From positions 5,021-69,020 of the forward strand of contig CAXHJY010000846.1 of NCBI GenBank assembly GCA_964016885.1: a stretch of 64,000 nt of DNA, written 5' to 3'. The DNA is from Eledone cirrhosa. Its lineage: Eukaryota. Below the pieces are notes generated by a model that was not told the origin of the DNA, made no database searches, and saw nothing but the letters and a program-made list of their open reading frames with translations. This document shows, one piece after another, positions 51,490 to 63,522 of the stretch; positions within the stretch are counted from its first letter, which is position 1, and each line of letters starts with the position of its first letter. The translations under genes and the position numbers were made by a program.

Positions 51490-53040
51490 ATATCATCATC
51501 ATCATCATCACCGTTTTACGTCCGTTCTTCCACGCTAGCATGGGTTAGACGGGTTGTCCTGTTGTGTGCAGTGTCTGGTCGGCTGACCATGCCTTACTCA
51601 TACAGGAACTGATCTGGCTTGATTTCTACAGCTGGATGCCCTTCCTAACACCAACCTCATTTACAGTGAGTGCTGGGTGCTTTTTCGTGGCGCCTACACG
51701 TCCACTTTACAGTGTGGGCTGGGTGCTTTTTTGCCGTGGCACCTCCACGACCACCTTGCGGTAGGGGGTGTGGGGGCATATTGTTTATATGCTTCAGCAT
51801 GTACCCATGGGAGGTCGGGTACTCTGTATTACTGCGTGACGCCAGAAGTCACGGTCGTGTGTCATTGTCTTTGAGAGGTGTAATTGGGTAAGGTCGGCTT
51901 TTATCACCTCATCCCAGGTCATCTTGGGTCTCCCCACTCCTCGGTTTCCATCAACTTCTAGTGCTCTGCACCTTTTTATGCAGCTGTCATCCTTCATACG
52001 CGTCACATGTCCATACCAGCGCAACCGCCTCTCCTGCACACAGCATTTGATTCCTCTTATGCTCAGTCTCTCTCTCAATTCATTTATGCTTTGTCGTTCA
52101 CGTATATTACTGTTACACATCCATCGGAGCATGCAGGCTTCGTTTCTCTCTAATCTACGTAAGTCTTCCACCTTCAGCGCCCAGGTCTCACTACCATGCA
52201 ACATCGCTGTTCGGATACACGCATCATACAGTCTGCCTTTCATTCTGAGGGAGAAGCCTTTTGCAGCTAGCAGTGGTAGTAGTTCCCTAAACTTCTTCCA
52301 TCCCGTTCTTACCCTAGTTATTGTACTTTCTGAACACCCACCTCCACTGCTAATTCGGTCACCTAGGTAGCAGAAGCTGTCTACTGTTTCTACAGGGCCC
52401 TCCCAGAGATTGGTGGTACTTGTTTCCTGTGGCTGTTTGCTACTTGCTGTTTCAGCACAGCTGCTGCATGTGAATCCTACATTCTTAATTAAGCTTCCTG
52501 AGATCCCGCTACATCTCTTGTGTACCCATTATTTGCATTTGGGGCAGAGAATGGAGTTCCTACCTACACCTTTCCTACATACTGAGCAAGGCCATTTCCC
52601 TGAGGGGATCTGGGTTCTGTTTTCTCGTCTACTTACAAGGACCTTAGTCTTGGTCATGTTGACTTTGAGACCCTTTTCTCTCTAGTCCCTGCTTCCAGGT
52701 TTGGAATTTATTCTCTAGTTCTACCATAGATTCAGCTATGAGTGCGAGGTCATCACCATACAGGAGTTCCCATGGGCATCCGGTCTTAAACTCCTCCGTT
52801 ATTGCCTGCAGGACTATGATGAACAGGAGAGGGCTAAGAACAGAGCCCTGGTGGACCCCAACCTGTACGCTAAATTCCTCGCTATACTCATTGCTAATCC
52901 TAACTTTGCTGACTGCTCCCCTATACATGGCTTGTACCGCTTTCACAAGCCATTCATCTACTCCTAGTTTTCTAAGAGTCCACCAGATTACAGCACGTGG
53001 AACTCTGTCAAAGGCTTTCTCAAGGTCGACAAATGCCAAA
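51490..53040 (-). mobile_element. RTE LINE, 5'-truncated (RT-PHD-C-terminus-3' UTR-(GAT)n), inside Helitron unit 3
   Basis: FVDLEKAFD, GVHQGSVLSP, LLYGDD, WPCSVCRKG..CPKCK..VHKRC, GRPKMTW. Confidence 0.92.
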
Positions 53041-55018
53041 TATATATATATATGTGTGTGTGTGAGTGTATGTATGTGTATGTGTGTGTGTATTCGTGTG
53101 TCTGTGACCAGGTCACAGACACCCATATATAGATATATATACGCACACACACACATACACACACACATATATATATATATGTACACACACACACACATAT
53201 GGGCCTTCTAATTTAATTTTACATCATATACAAGTCTGTGTATATTTTAATTATTTAAAAATTATTTTTAAGTGAACATGATTTTTAAAAAATAGTTTTA
53301 AGTGAACGTGACCCAGCAAGTCACGGGTGGTCTAGAATTAATCTAAAAACCTTCCATCATAATTTTAACTAAAAATACTCATTAAAATTATATTCCAAAC
53401 ACCTGCTTAATAATAAAGAAGTTAATTATATTACTAAATCCCTCAAAATTATTGATTATTTTCAAAAGTATTTGAAAATCATAGATAGTGGATTTTATTA
53501 GAAATATGGCAATGAAAGGATTAAAACATAAAAAAAGACCAGATAATCGATCAGTAGTTTATATCCTATTACTGTATTGCTGTTGTTTAGCCCTGAGTCA
53601 AACCTGATTGAGCAGATCTATGACAAGAATCATTCCATCAATGGTCATTCCACCTATTTCTTTATTTTTATTTTTGTTCAATGTATACTTGTCTTTTCAA
53701 GCTAGTAGGGTGTAAATCGAGGGAGATTTTACTGCTATTTCTATAAGGTTAACAACCTCATAGAGGTTTTCTCATTAACTTCGGAACTGCATTATGTTGA
53801 GATTCTAAATAAGAGCAGTGGATTGGCAGAATCATTAGAACATCAGATAGAATACTTTGCAGTATTCATTCTAGCTGTCTTCTCTCTTAGTTCAAATCTC
53901 AGCATGCTCTCAACTTTGACTTTCATTTTTCCAGTGTTGATAGAATAAGATATCAGTCAATAGTAGGGTCAGTATAATTGACTTTCTCCCTCGACCCAAA
54001 TTACTGGCCTTATGTCTAATGTAGTATCATTATTGGGATGGTGGATTAGTCGTATCGGTAGAGCGTCAGACAAAATTCTTTGCAGTATTCAGTTACATTT
54101 TTTTTTTAATGTTCTGAGTTCAAATCTTGCTGAGGTCAAATTTGCTTTTCACCCTTCTGGGATTGAGAAAATAAAGTACCAGTAACATACTGGAGTCAAC
54201 ATAATTCATTTTCACCTCACAAATTGCTAACCTTGTGCCGGTATTAGAAAGAATTATGTTGGGATTCTACTGAATGTTGATTTACCACTAGTGTGTAGTA
54301 GGAGGTCATCACCACCGTCAGCACCAGCACCAGCGCCAGTACCAGCACCAGCACCAGCACCAGCACCAGTGCGATGTCTTTGTTATACTATTTATTTAAA
54401 CCAGCTACTACTAGTTGAGTGTAACAGTTTGGCTAAGTCAGAGATGGGCAACTTTTTTCAAGCAGTGGGACGCATGAGATATGTCTCACCATAAGGAGGT
54501 CCACAATGCGAAAAAAAATTCCAATTCTGAAATTAGGTGTACCATTCAGAAAGCCAAAATAGCCGCACTTAAAAAAAAAAAAAAAAGAGTAATCCAAGGG
54601 GGATAACTCGAAAAATTGTTTCAGCGAGGGGACCAACTCCACTCAAACAAGAAAAAGGTTATTTCGTCTGAACATCTAGAGCAAGGGCCTCAAACACACG
54701 GTCCGCAAACTACTTTTCTATGATCCGCGACAGAACAAAAGAAATTAATTTTGATGCAATAAATAAATAAATAAATAAATAACTAAATAAATAACAGGCT
54801 ATCAGCTGTATTGTAGATTTGCATTATAACTGGTGGAAATCACGCTCCCCGCCGACCTATTTCACTTTTGGCCCGCTGCGCCTCTCCTCCAGGACGTAAA
54901 TATCCTGTTGAGACCTTGAGTTTGCGACCTATGAGAAGTGCTAAAATCTTCATTTAAAATCAATCCAATCAATTATTTAATCAGTTTAACCAGGGTCTTG
55001 TTGTATTAGGTCTCAACA

Positions 55019-55773
55019 TAATTGTTTCTACTTTTGGCACAAGGCCAGAAATTATCCCAGTGTATTACTGGTACATTATTTTATCGACCTTGTAAAGATG
55101 AAAGGCAAAGTTAACCTCGGCGAGATTTGAACTCAGATCATAAAGGGAGGTAACTCTATGCTTCAAAGCATGGCGTCCGACCCTCTACCGATACTGCCAA
55201 TCCATAATGGAATCAAATTCTCATTGTCACTGCCTCCGTCGCCCTCGCTCTTCACCTGATTAGATTTATAGTTTATTTCATGTGTGTATATTTAATACGT
55301 AGGTGTTGAATTGGCCTCATCGTTAGAACATTGGATAGAATGTTTCCCGGTATTCGTTCTGTCTTTCTGCGCTCTGAGTACAAATCACGCCGAGGTTAAC
55401 TCTGCTTTTCATCCTTTCGAGATCGATAAATAAAGTACCATCTCAGTTCTGCGGTCGACTACCCCCTCTCTCTCACACTTTTACTCTGGAAGAAATCGGC
55501 AGGGTTCAGACCTGAATACCCAAGGCTCGCTGTATAGTGCCCCCACGACCCAATCAAGAGTTATGAGCTCATAGCATTATATATCAATGTGGATTGGTAG
55601 TATCGGTAGAGGGTCGGACGCCATGCTTTGTAGCATAGAGTTACGCCCCTTTATGGCCTGAGTTAAAATCCCGCCAAGGTTAACTTTGCCTTTCATCCTT
55701 ACGGGGTCGATAAAATAAAGTACCAGCAATGCACTGGAATAATTGCTGGCCTTGAGCCAAAATAGAAACAATT
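55019..55773. mobile_element. Inverted pair of highly similar SINEs with a third SINE between them
   Basis: 55019-55205 (-) and 55589-55773 (+) are reverse complements; a further copy lies at 55303-55470. Confidence 0.85.
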
Positions 55774-56799
55774 ATATATCAGCGTGCAGAAATAGTAGTA
55801 GTAGCAACAGCAGAAGTAGAAGTAGTGTTGATTATCTATCAATTAATATTTCTGTAGACGGTGAGTTTGACATGATGGAGAAATGTTATTGGACTTAAGA
55901 ACCTTTTTGTTTCAAACGAAAAAAAAAATATCTCCATAGATAATAATTTCTGATTCTAAAAGACCAGCAAATTCTGTGTAGGTGGGGGGGGGGGGGGGGG
56001 CAAATCGTTCGATTATAACGATTCGGGTACTTTACTGGTACTTTATTTTATCTACCTCAGAAGGATGAAGGGCAAAGTTGAATTTGGTGGGATTTAATCA
56101 CAGAAAGCAAAGGCCCTTAGCTGACGATCTAACGATTCTCTCAATCGGCTGACCTTCACCCCGCCCCCAAACATGCAAATATATGGATTTCTATAATCAC
56201 CCCAATTCAGTTACTTCGAAAGGGGAGAATTGGCACTATCGTTAGAGCGTCGGACAACATGAGTTCAAACATAGAGTTACAACCCTTTACGTTCTGAGTT
56301 CAAATCCCACTTTGCTGGCTTTGCACCTAAATCAGAAACTATTATTTGTCATAGGAAGCAACGGAGCCTACTTTTGCATTTTCGCACGTGTCTGGGCTTA
56401 ATCTCCTTGTACGGATGTTCACCTGTTTTACGTCCGGCCAAAGAATATAACAAGACTCACACACTCTACCAAAGCAGCCATGAACACGTACGTCTCACTC
56501 GGTACAGCTTCCAGACAAAAGAGAGACCGAAAGACCTCATGCACTTCTGATGTGACGTCACTGGTCACTCGTTTCCGACAAGACCTCCTCTGTAATTCCT
56601 ACATCCTAGCTCCACATTGTTATCATTAATCCTTTTTTTTTTTTTTGTTATTCATCATGTAAATCAAATTTATGTTCTTAAACTATTAATACTCAATTAA
56701 GGCGACAAATTAATCTGATACATAACTACTGTAATTCAAGTGTGTACCCTCTATTTTGTAGAGATTTCTCATTTCCAACATAGTCAGTATTTGCACTTA

Positions 56800-57520
56800 T
56801 CAATCAAACTGCTAAGGATGTTGTCATGCAGCCTCAACCTGGTGTCATCTAGTCATAGTTTTGCGTGTCTTCCTCGTCTCCTCTGCCCTTACAGCAGTTT
56901 TCTAATCAATTCTGTTGCCACCAGTTTGTCAGCCCTCATCAGGTGACCAAAGTTCTCCAGTTTTCTCCTTTTCATCATATCTATGACTGAATATTTTGGT
57001 TGTTTTAATAATTGCATTGTTGGTAATAATGACAGAGGATACAACAGGTCCTAGGTGAAATTAGGTAGACGGGGACTGATTAGAAGCCCGTCGTTATGTG
57101 TACACCTGAAAAGCTCATCGTCGAAACCGACGGAGATTCATTCTATTCCATTCGTTGGTGATATGCTGAATGCAACTAACCTTCATCGTCCGCCAATAAC
57201 TTTACATTTCAAACATTTCTCCTTGTCTCTTTGTTAGGGCCCCAGCATTCGATATTATAAAGTTAGAAGGGCAAACATCAGCAGCCGCCATCTTGTGCTG
57301 AGATGTACCTTCTTCTTACACAGAACCACGTTAGTTTGCTAGAGTTCTTGCTTTAGTTATTCTGCTTTTAATCTCCCGAAGGCATCGATCATCATTGGTG
57401 ATATAGAAACCCAAATATGGGAAGCTCTCAACTTCTGTGAGGGTAGCAGCATTTAGAGAAACTGTTATAGGTGTCAGCGATTTTTCTTTACTTACTCTCA
57501 TGAATTTAGTGTTTTTGATG
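56800..57520 (-). mobile_element. Decayed RTE-like LINE fragments
   Basis: TKFMRV..EVESFPYLG.YIT.D.RC.REIKSRI; RRKLENFGHLMR..G.RRRGR. Confidence 0.7.
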
Positions 57521-57772
57521 TATGTATATATGGAACCATAGTTCCTGATGGAGTCGTAGTGGCATTTTAAACATGTCGGAGCCCACCACCTCGAAAAAAT
57601 TAAAGACAAAGTTGAACTCGCCGGGATTTGAACTCAGCGTAGAGTGCCGAAACGAATACTATAAAGCATTCTTTCCGACATGCTAATGACTTTGCCAATT
57701 CGCCGCCAGCCTTTTTTTTTTAATACAATTGACAAAAAAAAAAAAAAAAAAAAAAAAAATCCTTTATTAAAG

Positions 57773-59078
57773 ACTAACAGAATGGCCCGGCGATGCTCAG
57801 GAATTGCTCTAGGGTTCTTATATATTTGATATATATTTATCCTTATCGAGCCTCGTGAAATAAATACGTTTATTTATATTTTGTTATTGTGTATGCAAAA
57901 ATATCTGTACACGAATATATAATTATATATATATATATATATATATATGGTGGCTGCCAACTCGTTTTCGAGTACGGCCACTACTTTATATCCATGTAGG
58001 AGAACCCCTACCGATGCGCTGAACGAGTGTGACTTTTTAGTCCAGCCAGCGACTTGAAAACTCTGGTACAAAGACTACACTTGTGACAATTATTGACACA
58101 TAGTGTTGGGCCCATGGTACCATGTGACGACAAGTGCAGAGAGATCTCCAGATATAAAGCAATGCCTGTGCCGTGAAGCTTTTATAGTGAGCAAAGGCAC
58201 TGCACAAAGCCAGTCCCACTCTCTTAACCAAGATGATATTTACCAAAAAGAAGAACAAGTCAACATCATTGGATACCATCAGGGTTGCAGGTGTTATATC
58301 AGAGTTTTCCTTCTCCTAGAATTCTGCCTTGACAAAGGCTAAGGGGTCATCTCTAATTATATATTCGTGTACAGATATATTTGCATACACAATAACAAAG
58401 TATAAATAAACATATGTATTTCACGAGGCTCGATAAGGATAAATATATATATATATATATATTAAATAACAGATTCAAGTTTAAGCAAAGAATAGCTGCT
58501 TTCACTCTTAACGGGATCTTCTGAAACTAAAAAAATCAATCTGTGAACGCAGAAGTAAATATTTCGAAAAACGTTACACACTATATATATAGGTTGAGGA
58601 AAAAGAGGAAGAGAGGAAAGGAGTACTCACTCTTCGTACTCCTGGAGATGAGGGTTGCAAATTTGTGATAGTATTTTACACGTTTTTATTGTATGTAAAC
58701 TTCCCCCTTTGTATTTCCCCCTTCTTTTGTGCCTCTGTGGCTAATAAAGAAACATATATATATATATACATATATATACACACACACACAAATAGCGTCA
58801 TAATGTCGTAATGCAGGCAGCCAGACATAGACAGATATTATAAGGGCGAGACGTCGTAGCTATGTATCTATCTAAAAAGAGACAGACTAAGAATTATAGA
58901 CAGAGATCGCTAAATCGCCTAATGCAGTCCCTAGGGCATTGAAAATTTGAAATATTGTTTGCTCAAAACACTCACACGACCATAAGTATTACATGTGTAA
59001 AGTTTGAAAACAATCGGTTGAGTGGTTCTCGAGTTTTAGGGAGTCAGGCAGACAGACAGACATTCTCTGTTTTCGATA
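57773..59078 (-). mobile_element. Second copy of the 16813-17544 Helitron-like element, with internal inverted duplication and insertions
   Basis: 58790-59078 and 57773-57930 are reverse-complement matches to 16820-17545; a Tx1-like 3' tail is nested at about 58590-58752. Confidence 0.8.
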
Positions 59079-59942
59079 AGTAACTCATGGTAACCATTAG
59101 TTATCTACCTAACAAATTCACAAATGTGAAATTCCGTTAAAAAAAAATGATGAACATCGTCAAGGTGAATAAGACTATCCAAATATATACAGTAAAAAAA
59201 AAAAAAAAAAAAAAGTAGAGGAAGACCCATACACCTAATTACAGACCATAAGGGGCGCTGGAGACACCCTCAAATAATGTTTTAGGCAAGCCAACACACT
59301 CGCAGGAATGCTGCGAGTTGTCTACCTTGGAGATAGAAAAGTATTCTCCCTTTGCAGAGAGAGTATAATAATAATGATAATAATGAAAATATTGTGTAAA
59401 GTGCTCAGGTGCACAACTCGTCAAAGGTGTATGTATAGTACATAGAATAATACACAAATGTCAGGGAAGTGAATAGTGTATGAGTCATGGTATACATGTG
59501 TGTATGTGTATGGAGGCGGAACATTAGGTGTAGTGTTGGCGGATCTCGGGAAGCATGGAGGCCTTAAAGGATGCGTTGCTCATAGAACTCAGTGGGTGGT
59601 CAGAGCACCCACTTATTGCTATTTATGAGTATATCAGTAAATTCAGATATCCTAGTAAACTAGAGTTGGTTTGTTATCGGCAATAATTAGTCAAAAGACA
59701 GTTTGTAAAAGTATTAACACAATAATTTTATTCATCAAAGAAAAAGTGGGAAAAAACTTAGTAGCGAAAGGAAGGAAAGAGGAGGGAACAGCAGACTCTA
59801 CACCCCAGCCTAGGTGGTATTTTTCAGCTGTATCCCGTAGACAAAATGGCAAAGGCATTGCCGTGGAGAACACCCTGCTACACTTGCTACATTAGCCATT
59901 CCACCTCATGTGGCTCTTTCATTAGGCAGGATGCACTCTTAC

Positions 59943-60061
59943 TAATTTTACAGAGGAAAACAGCAGTCCTAGGACCGAAGAAATCAGAGGTCTCGGCAGT
60001 GGCCGGAACGAAAAGGAAGCAGTCGATCAAGTCGTGGTATTCGGCTATCTCGATCTCTGCA
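59943..60061 (-). other. Candidate internal exon of an unidentified minus-strand gene
   Basis: Polypyrimidine acceptor tttatcctacacttttacgcctgtag|; possible donor |gtaaga; CpG-rich; open frame AEIEIAEYHDLIDCFLFVPATAETSDFFGPRTAVFLCKI. Confidence 0.35.
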
Positions 60062-60524
60062 CTACAGGCGTAAAAGTGTAGGATAAATTTAAAACTACAG
60101 TTTAGTGCCCACCGACTTTGTTTCCTCATAACTTTCTTAACAAGGCATATTTTAAAATGAAACTTTGCAGAGATGCGTTTTCCAAAATGTACATTACGGT
60201 TATATTGAAATTCAAAAAAACAAAACAATAATTCATATAAAAATACTTTTATTATTATTAATGTATTTTTCAAATCCTGCCGAGGTTAACTTTGCCTTTC
60301 ATCCTTACGGGGTCGATAAAATAAAGTACCAGTAATGCACTAGGTAATTGCTGGCCTTGTGCCTAACGTAGAAACAATTATTATTAATGTATTTGTTAAT
60401 TTCTCTAATTTTATTATGTATACAAATAAACGCAATTTATATTTTTTAAAATGGGGGAATGTGCGAGAAAATCCGCACATTCAATCAGACATCATTGGGA
60501 ACTGGAGTTTTCCTCTAATCTTTT

Positions 60525-61070
60525 TTAGGCAAGCCAACACACTCGCAACATTAGGTGCGTGATTGCGAGGCTAAGTCGCTTGAATAACCAAGTACCCCCA
60601 CGGGCTGCCAACAATAACAAGAACCTCATTCTCAGTGGCCCAGCTCCCCCAAACATCTTGAACACCACACGCTGGAAAAAAGGGTTTACCGATAATTCCT
60701 GGTATATTAGAATTCTATTCCGTTCTGCTACGGGTGTTGAGACCCTCACTTTTACAGCAGTATCTAGGATGTGGGAAGGGCAAAAAGAATCGCTTACATT
60801 GGTGTTTCAAAGGCAAAGGGTAAGACCATCTGGCTTCTTCTCATAAACCCTGGGCAATCCGGCTTGTTCCAAATTTGAGATGATATTAACTTGAGCCGGG
60901 GATTGTTTGACAACTAGGTTTAGCCCAAGATGGTGTGTGAATCGAGTTGCATTCAGACGGCAAAACTATCCATGAAAATACATGGAATCAAGGGTTCTGT
61001 CACAACTTATAACACTCCACCTCCTATTCCAAATATCGGGCGTAATGGATATTGTAACTATTAAGCATAT
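60525..61070 (-). mobile_element. CRE-like non-LTR element C-terminal (RLE) fragment
   Basis: KPDGLTL; AERNRI..YQELS.N.FFQ.V.F..FGG.GP; WLFKRLSLAIT. Confidence 0.75.
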
Positions 61071-61239
61071 TAACACAATGTGTTCTTTCGGGGAGTTAGG
61101 GTCAGGGTATCCGGGGAAAAAAGTCGTTTGCGACTTTTAGAGGTCAGATTAGTTGAAATTACACGAAAAAAAAAAAAAAAAAAAACCGGGGGAAAAAATT
61201 TTCTAACAGAACTGGAGATAGTTTTTTTTTTTTCGAAAG

Positions 61240-61900
61240 GTAGCTTGGCATTCTAAACACTTTGGTGCTGAAATGAAAGGCTGTCATAATGATCTTGCTA
61301 GGGTTGGGCCGAAGGTGCCAGTAGGAGTAGTTGTCCTCCATCTTCTTCAGTTTTTCTGAGTGTAAAGTTGAGTTTGCCTTAGTTAGTAGATTGGGTAACC
61401 AAGGCAAGGTCATCACCATCCAAACCAGCAGAAGATCCTGCAAACTACCAGTCAATCTCTCTCCTCTGTATATCTTACAAGCTATTTGAACAGCTCCTCT
61501 TGATAAGGCTTGGCCCTTTAGTAGAACCAGCCCTGCCCAAGGAGCAAGCAGTCTTCAGATCATAAAGAAGTCGCACTGATCAAACCCTCGCCCTTACTAC
61601 ATTCATCGAGACTGATTACCAACGAGGTCTCGAGTCAGGGGCAGCTCTAGTCAACTTCTCTTATGCATATGATACTATATGGAGACTCAGCTCCCTTCTG
61701 AAGACCTGTCGTACCATCAAGTGCCAGGCAACTGTAAACATCCTTGCCTCCAAACTCAGTAACAGAAGTTCGGAGTGTCACAAGGAGGTCAAACAATTTC
61801 AACCTGGCACCAATGCTCTTTAACATCTACATGATTGATATGCCCAGGACAACTTCGAGGAAATTTGCATATGCAGGTGACCTTGCCTTGGCTACCCCAT
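61240..61900. mobile_element. Vingi/Ingi-like LINE RT fragment with an inverted segment
   Basis: Plus strand: EDPANY, LPKEQA, AYDTIW, LAPMLFNIY..SRKFAYAGDLAL. Minus strand 61240-61375: YSYWHLRPNPSK. Confidence 0.7.
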
Positions 61901-62399
61901 CTACTTGCTTAACTGAAATATCAAGTAATGTTCATGAGGATGCTTGGCTATTCTAATGCCTTAGCCTCGCCATCACCCATGGTATTCCTTTTCGTTGTGG
62001 TAAGTCTTTTGGCTCCGCCGGTTTTCATGGATTGTCTAACCGTAAACATCTTTTAAAATTAATTATTTCTTTTATAAACCATTTATTTGTTGTTGTTTTT
62101 ATATATAATTGGCCTTTATTGTTTATTTACTTTATATTCTGTTTACAGATTTATTTATCTATTAAATTTACAGTTGAATAACATTGCAAATGTTTTAAAT
62201 ATGTACATGAATAACATTATAAATGCGTAAATAACATTATAAATTGCTCGCAATTCGTTCAGAAGGACATTACAAATATGTCTAAACCGTGTATAAAAAT
62301 ATAATAATATAAATTCATTGAACAATAATGATAAAGGAAAGAGGAAAGAAGAAAAAAAAGGGAGACGCAATTCGCCACCAAGTGCGATAACCGGCCGCA

Positions 62400-63000
62400 C
62401 CTCACACCTTAGGGGTTACCTACACACTTTCAGGCATGCCAACACGCTCGCAGTATTACCACAGGTGATGGTGAGGCGAAGGCGCTGAAATAACCAGGCA
62501 CCCTCACGGATATCACCTGACACCTCAGTAAGGTGAACCACCAGCAATGACAAGAACTTCGCTGTCAGCGGCCCAACTCCACCAAACGTCTCGAACGTCA
62601 CAGGCTGGAAAAAGTAATTATTTGATAGGCCCTGGTATTTCCTAATTTTATTCCGTTCGGCAGGGGAAGCAGTAAACCCCACACTCACCGCGGCGTTCAT
62701 GATGTGAGAGGGAGCAAAAGAGTCACTGACTGTGACGTGTCAGATGAGACACCTACCTTTCACCCAGGGACAAAGGGTAAGACCGTCTGGTCTCTTCCCA
62801 TTACCTCTGGATAAACTAGCCGGTTCCAGAACTGCGGAGATATTTACTCGAGCTATTTACTTTGATGATCAAATTTAGCTCGGTGTGAGGGGTAAAACGA
62901 CCAGCATTCGGGCGGCAGGATAAACCATGTAAACTTGTGGAGTCGAGGGATCTCCCACAGTGACATCTCAGACCCCAACAGACGTCGGCTCCCACACGAA
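62400..63000 (-). mobile_element. CRE-like non-LTR element C-terminal zinc knuckle plus RLE
   Basis: C.CG..LHGLSC...AGR; [18 protein letters not shown]; AERNKIRKY; FQRLRLTITCGN.ASVL. Confidence 0.82.
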
Positions 63001-63123
63001 GTATTCTTTATATCAATCTATTTATGGCATTTAGATAATTAACACCCAATTAAGGCAACAAATTAATCTGATTTTCATAAAATTTCGAAGGCTCCAGTCT
63101 GTCCGTTGCGACCACGAAGCCAC

Positions 63124-63179
63124 CTGTATTTGTGGTTCTGTGCGCCAGCAAACCTTCTGAACACACTGTCCAGACTCAT
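63124..63179 (-). other. Candidate first coding exon of the unidentified divergent gene (MSLDSVFRRFAGAQNHKY)
   Basis: ATG at 63179; donor CAG|gtggct (weak); phase 2 matches the open frame of the candidate exon starting at 60061. Confidence 0.3.
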
Positions 63180-63299
63180 ATCATTGGAAGTAGCGATAGG
63201 TAGGTTATTGATTGCAGTTAGTCTGGGTGAATAATATAAAAAGCAGTTAATTAAAAAATATATATATTTATGAACATAAGAATATTTTAAGAATAAGAC

Positions 63300-63426
63300 G
63301 CAACTTTCCGTAGTCAAGTATAGATGTCAGCTGACATCTATAAACGTTTGTGATTGGTTAAAACCTTTCATCGTATCTACTTCCTGTAGTCAGTGGTAGA
63401 TTTTCTTTTCGTTCACCTTAGTCAAC
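63300..63426. promoter_or_regulatory. Putative promoter/5' UTR of COX7C (possibly bidirectional)
   Basis: Perfect 24-bp palindrome at 63319-63342, reverse CCAAT (gattgg) near 63352, ETS-like acttcctgt near 63379, pyrimidine tract before the ATG. Confidence 0.55.
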
Positions 63427-63522
63427 ATGTTTCCAAGAACTGCCATCACCACTTTGGTCCGTCGGTTTTCGACCAGTCCTGTTGTGCGAAGTGATTTCCA
63501 ACAGAAGGGCATCCCTGGCGCC
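63427..63522 (+). CDS. COX7C: Cytochrome c oxidase subunit 7C, coding exon 1 (remainder not found in the window)
   Basis: caacATG, MFPRTAITTLVRRFSTSPVVRSDFQQKGIPGA, then phase-0 donor gtgagt. Mitochondrial presequence RRFSTS..VR and GxPG match animal COX7C (..[20 protein letters not shown]|NLPF) as recalled. Confidence 0.85.

Larger units (their letters stand above)
48519..53335 (+). mobile_element. Head-to-tail trimer of non-autonomous Helitrons (48519-50631, 50632-51017, 51018-53335)
   Basis: Each unit begins (tc)tatactactaaaac...gattgtg and ends with hairpin gtgacc..(g)gtcac plus CTAG; junctions read CTAG|TATACT. Confidence 0.85.

Noticed and set aside
54680-54935. hAT MITE (CAAGGGCCTCAAAC...GTTTGCGACCTATG)
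   Set aside because: Termini are suggestive, but there is no matching 8-bp TSD, so boundaries are unsupported.
57090-57140. Hammerhead-like CTGAAAA..GAAAC
   Set aside because: Core G8 is missing and stems I-III do not pair convincingly.
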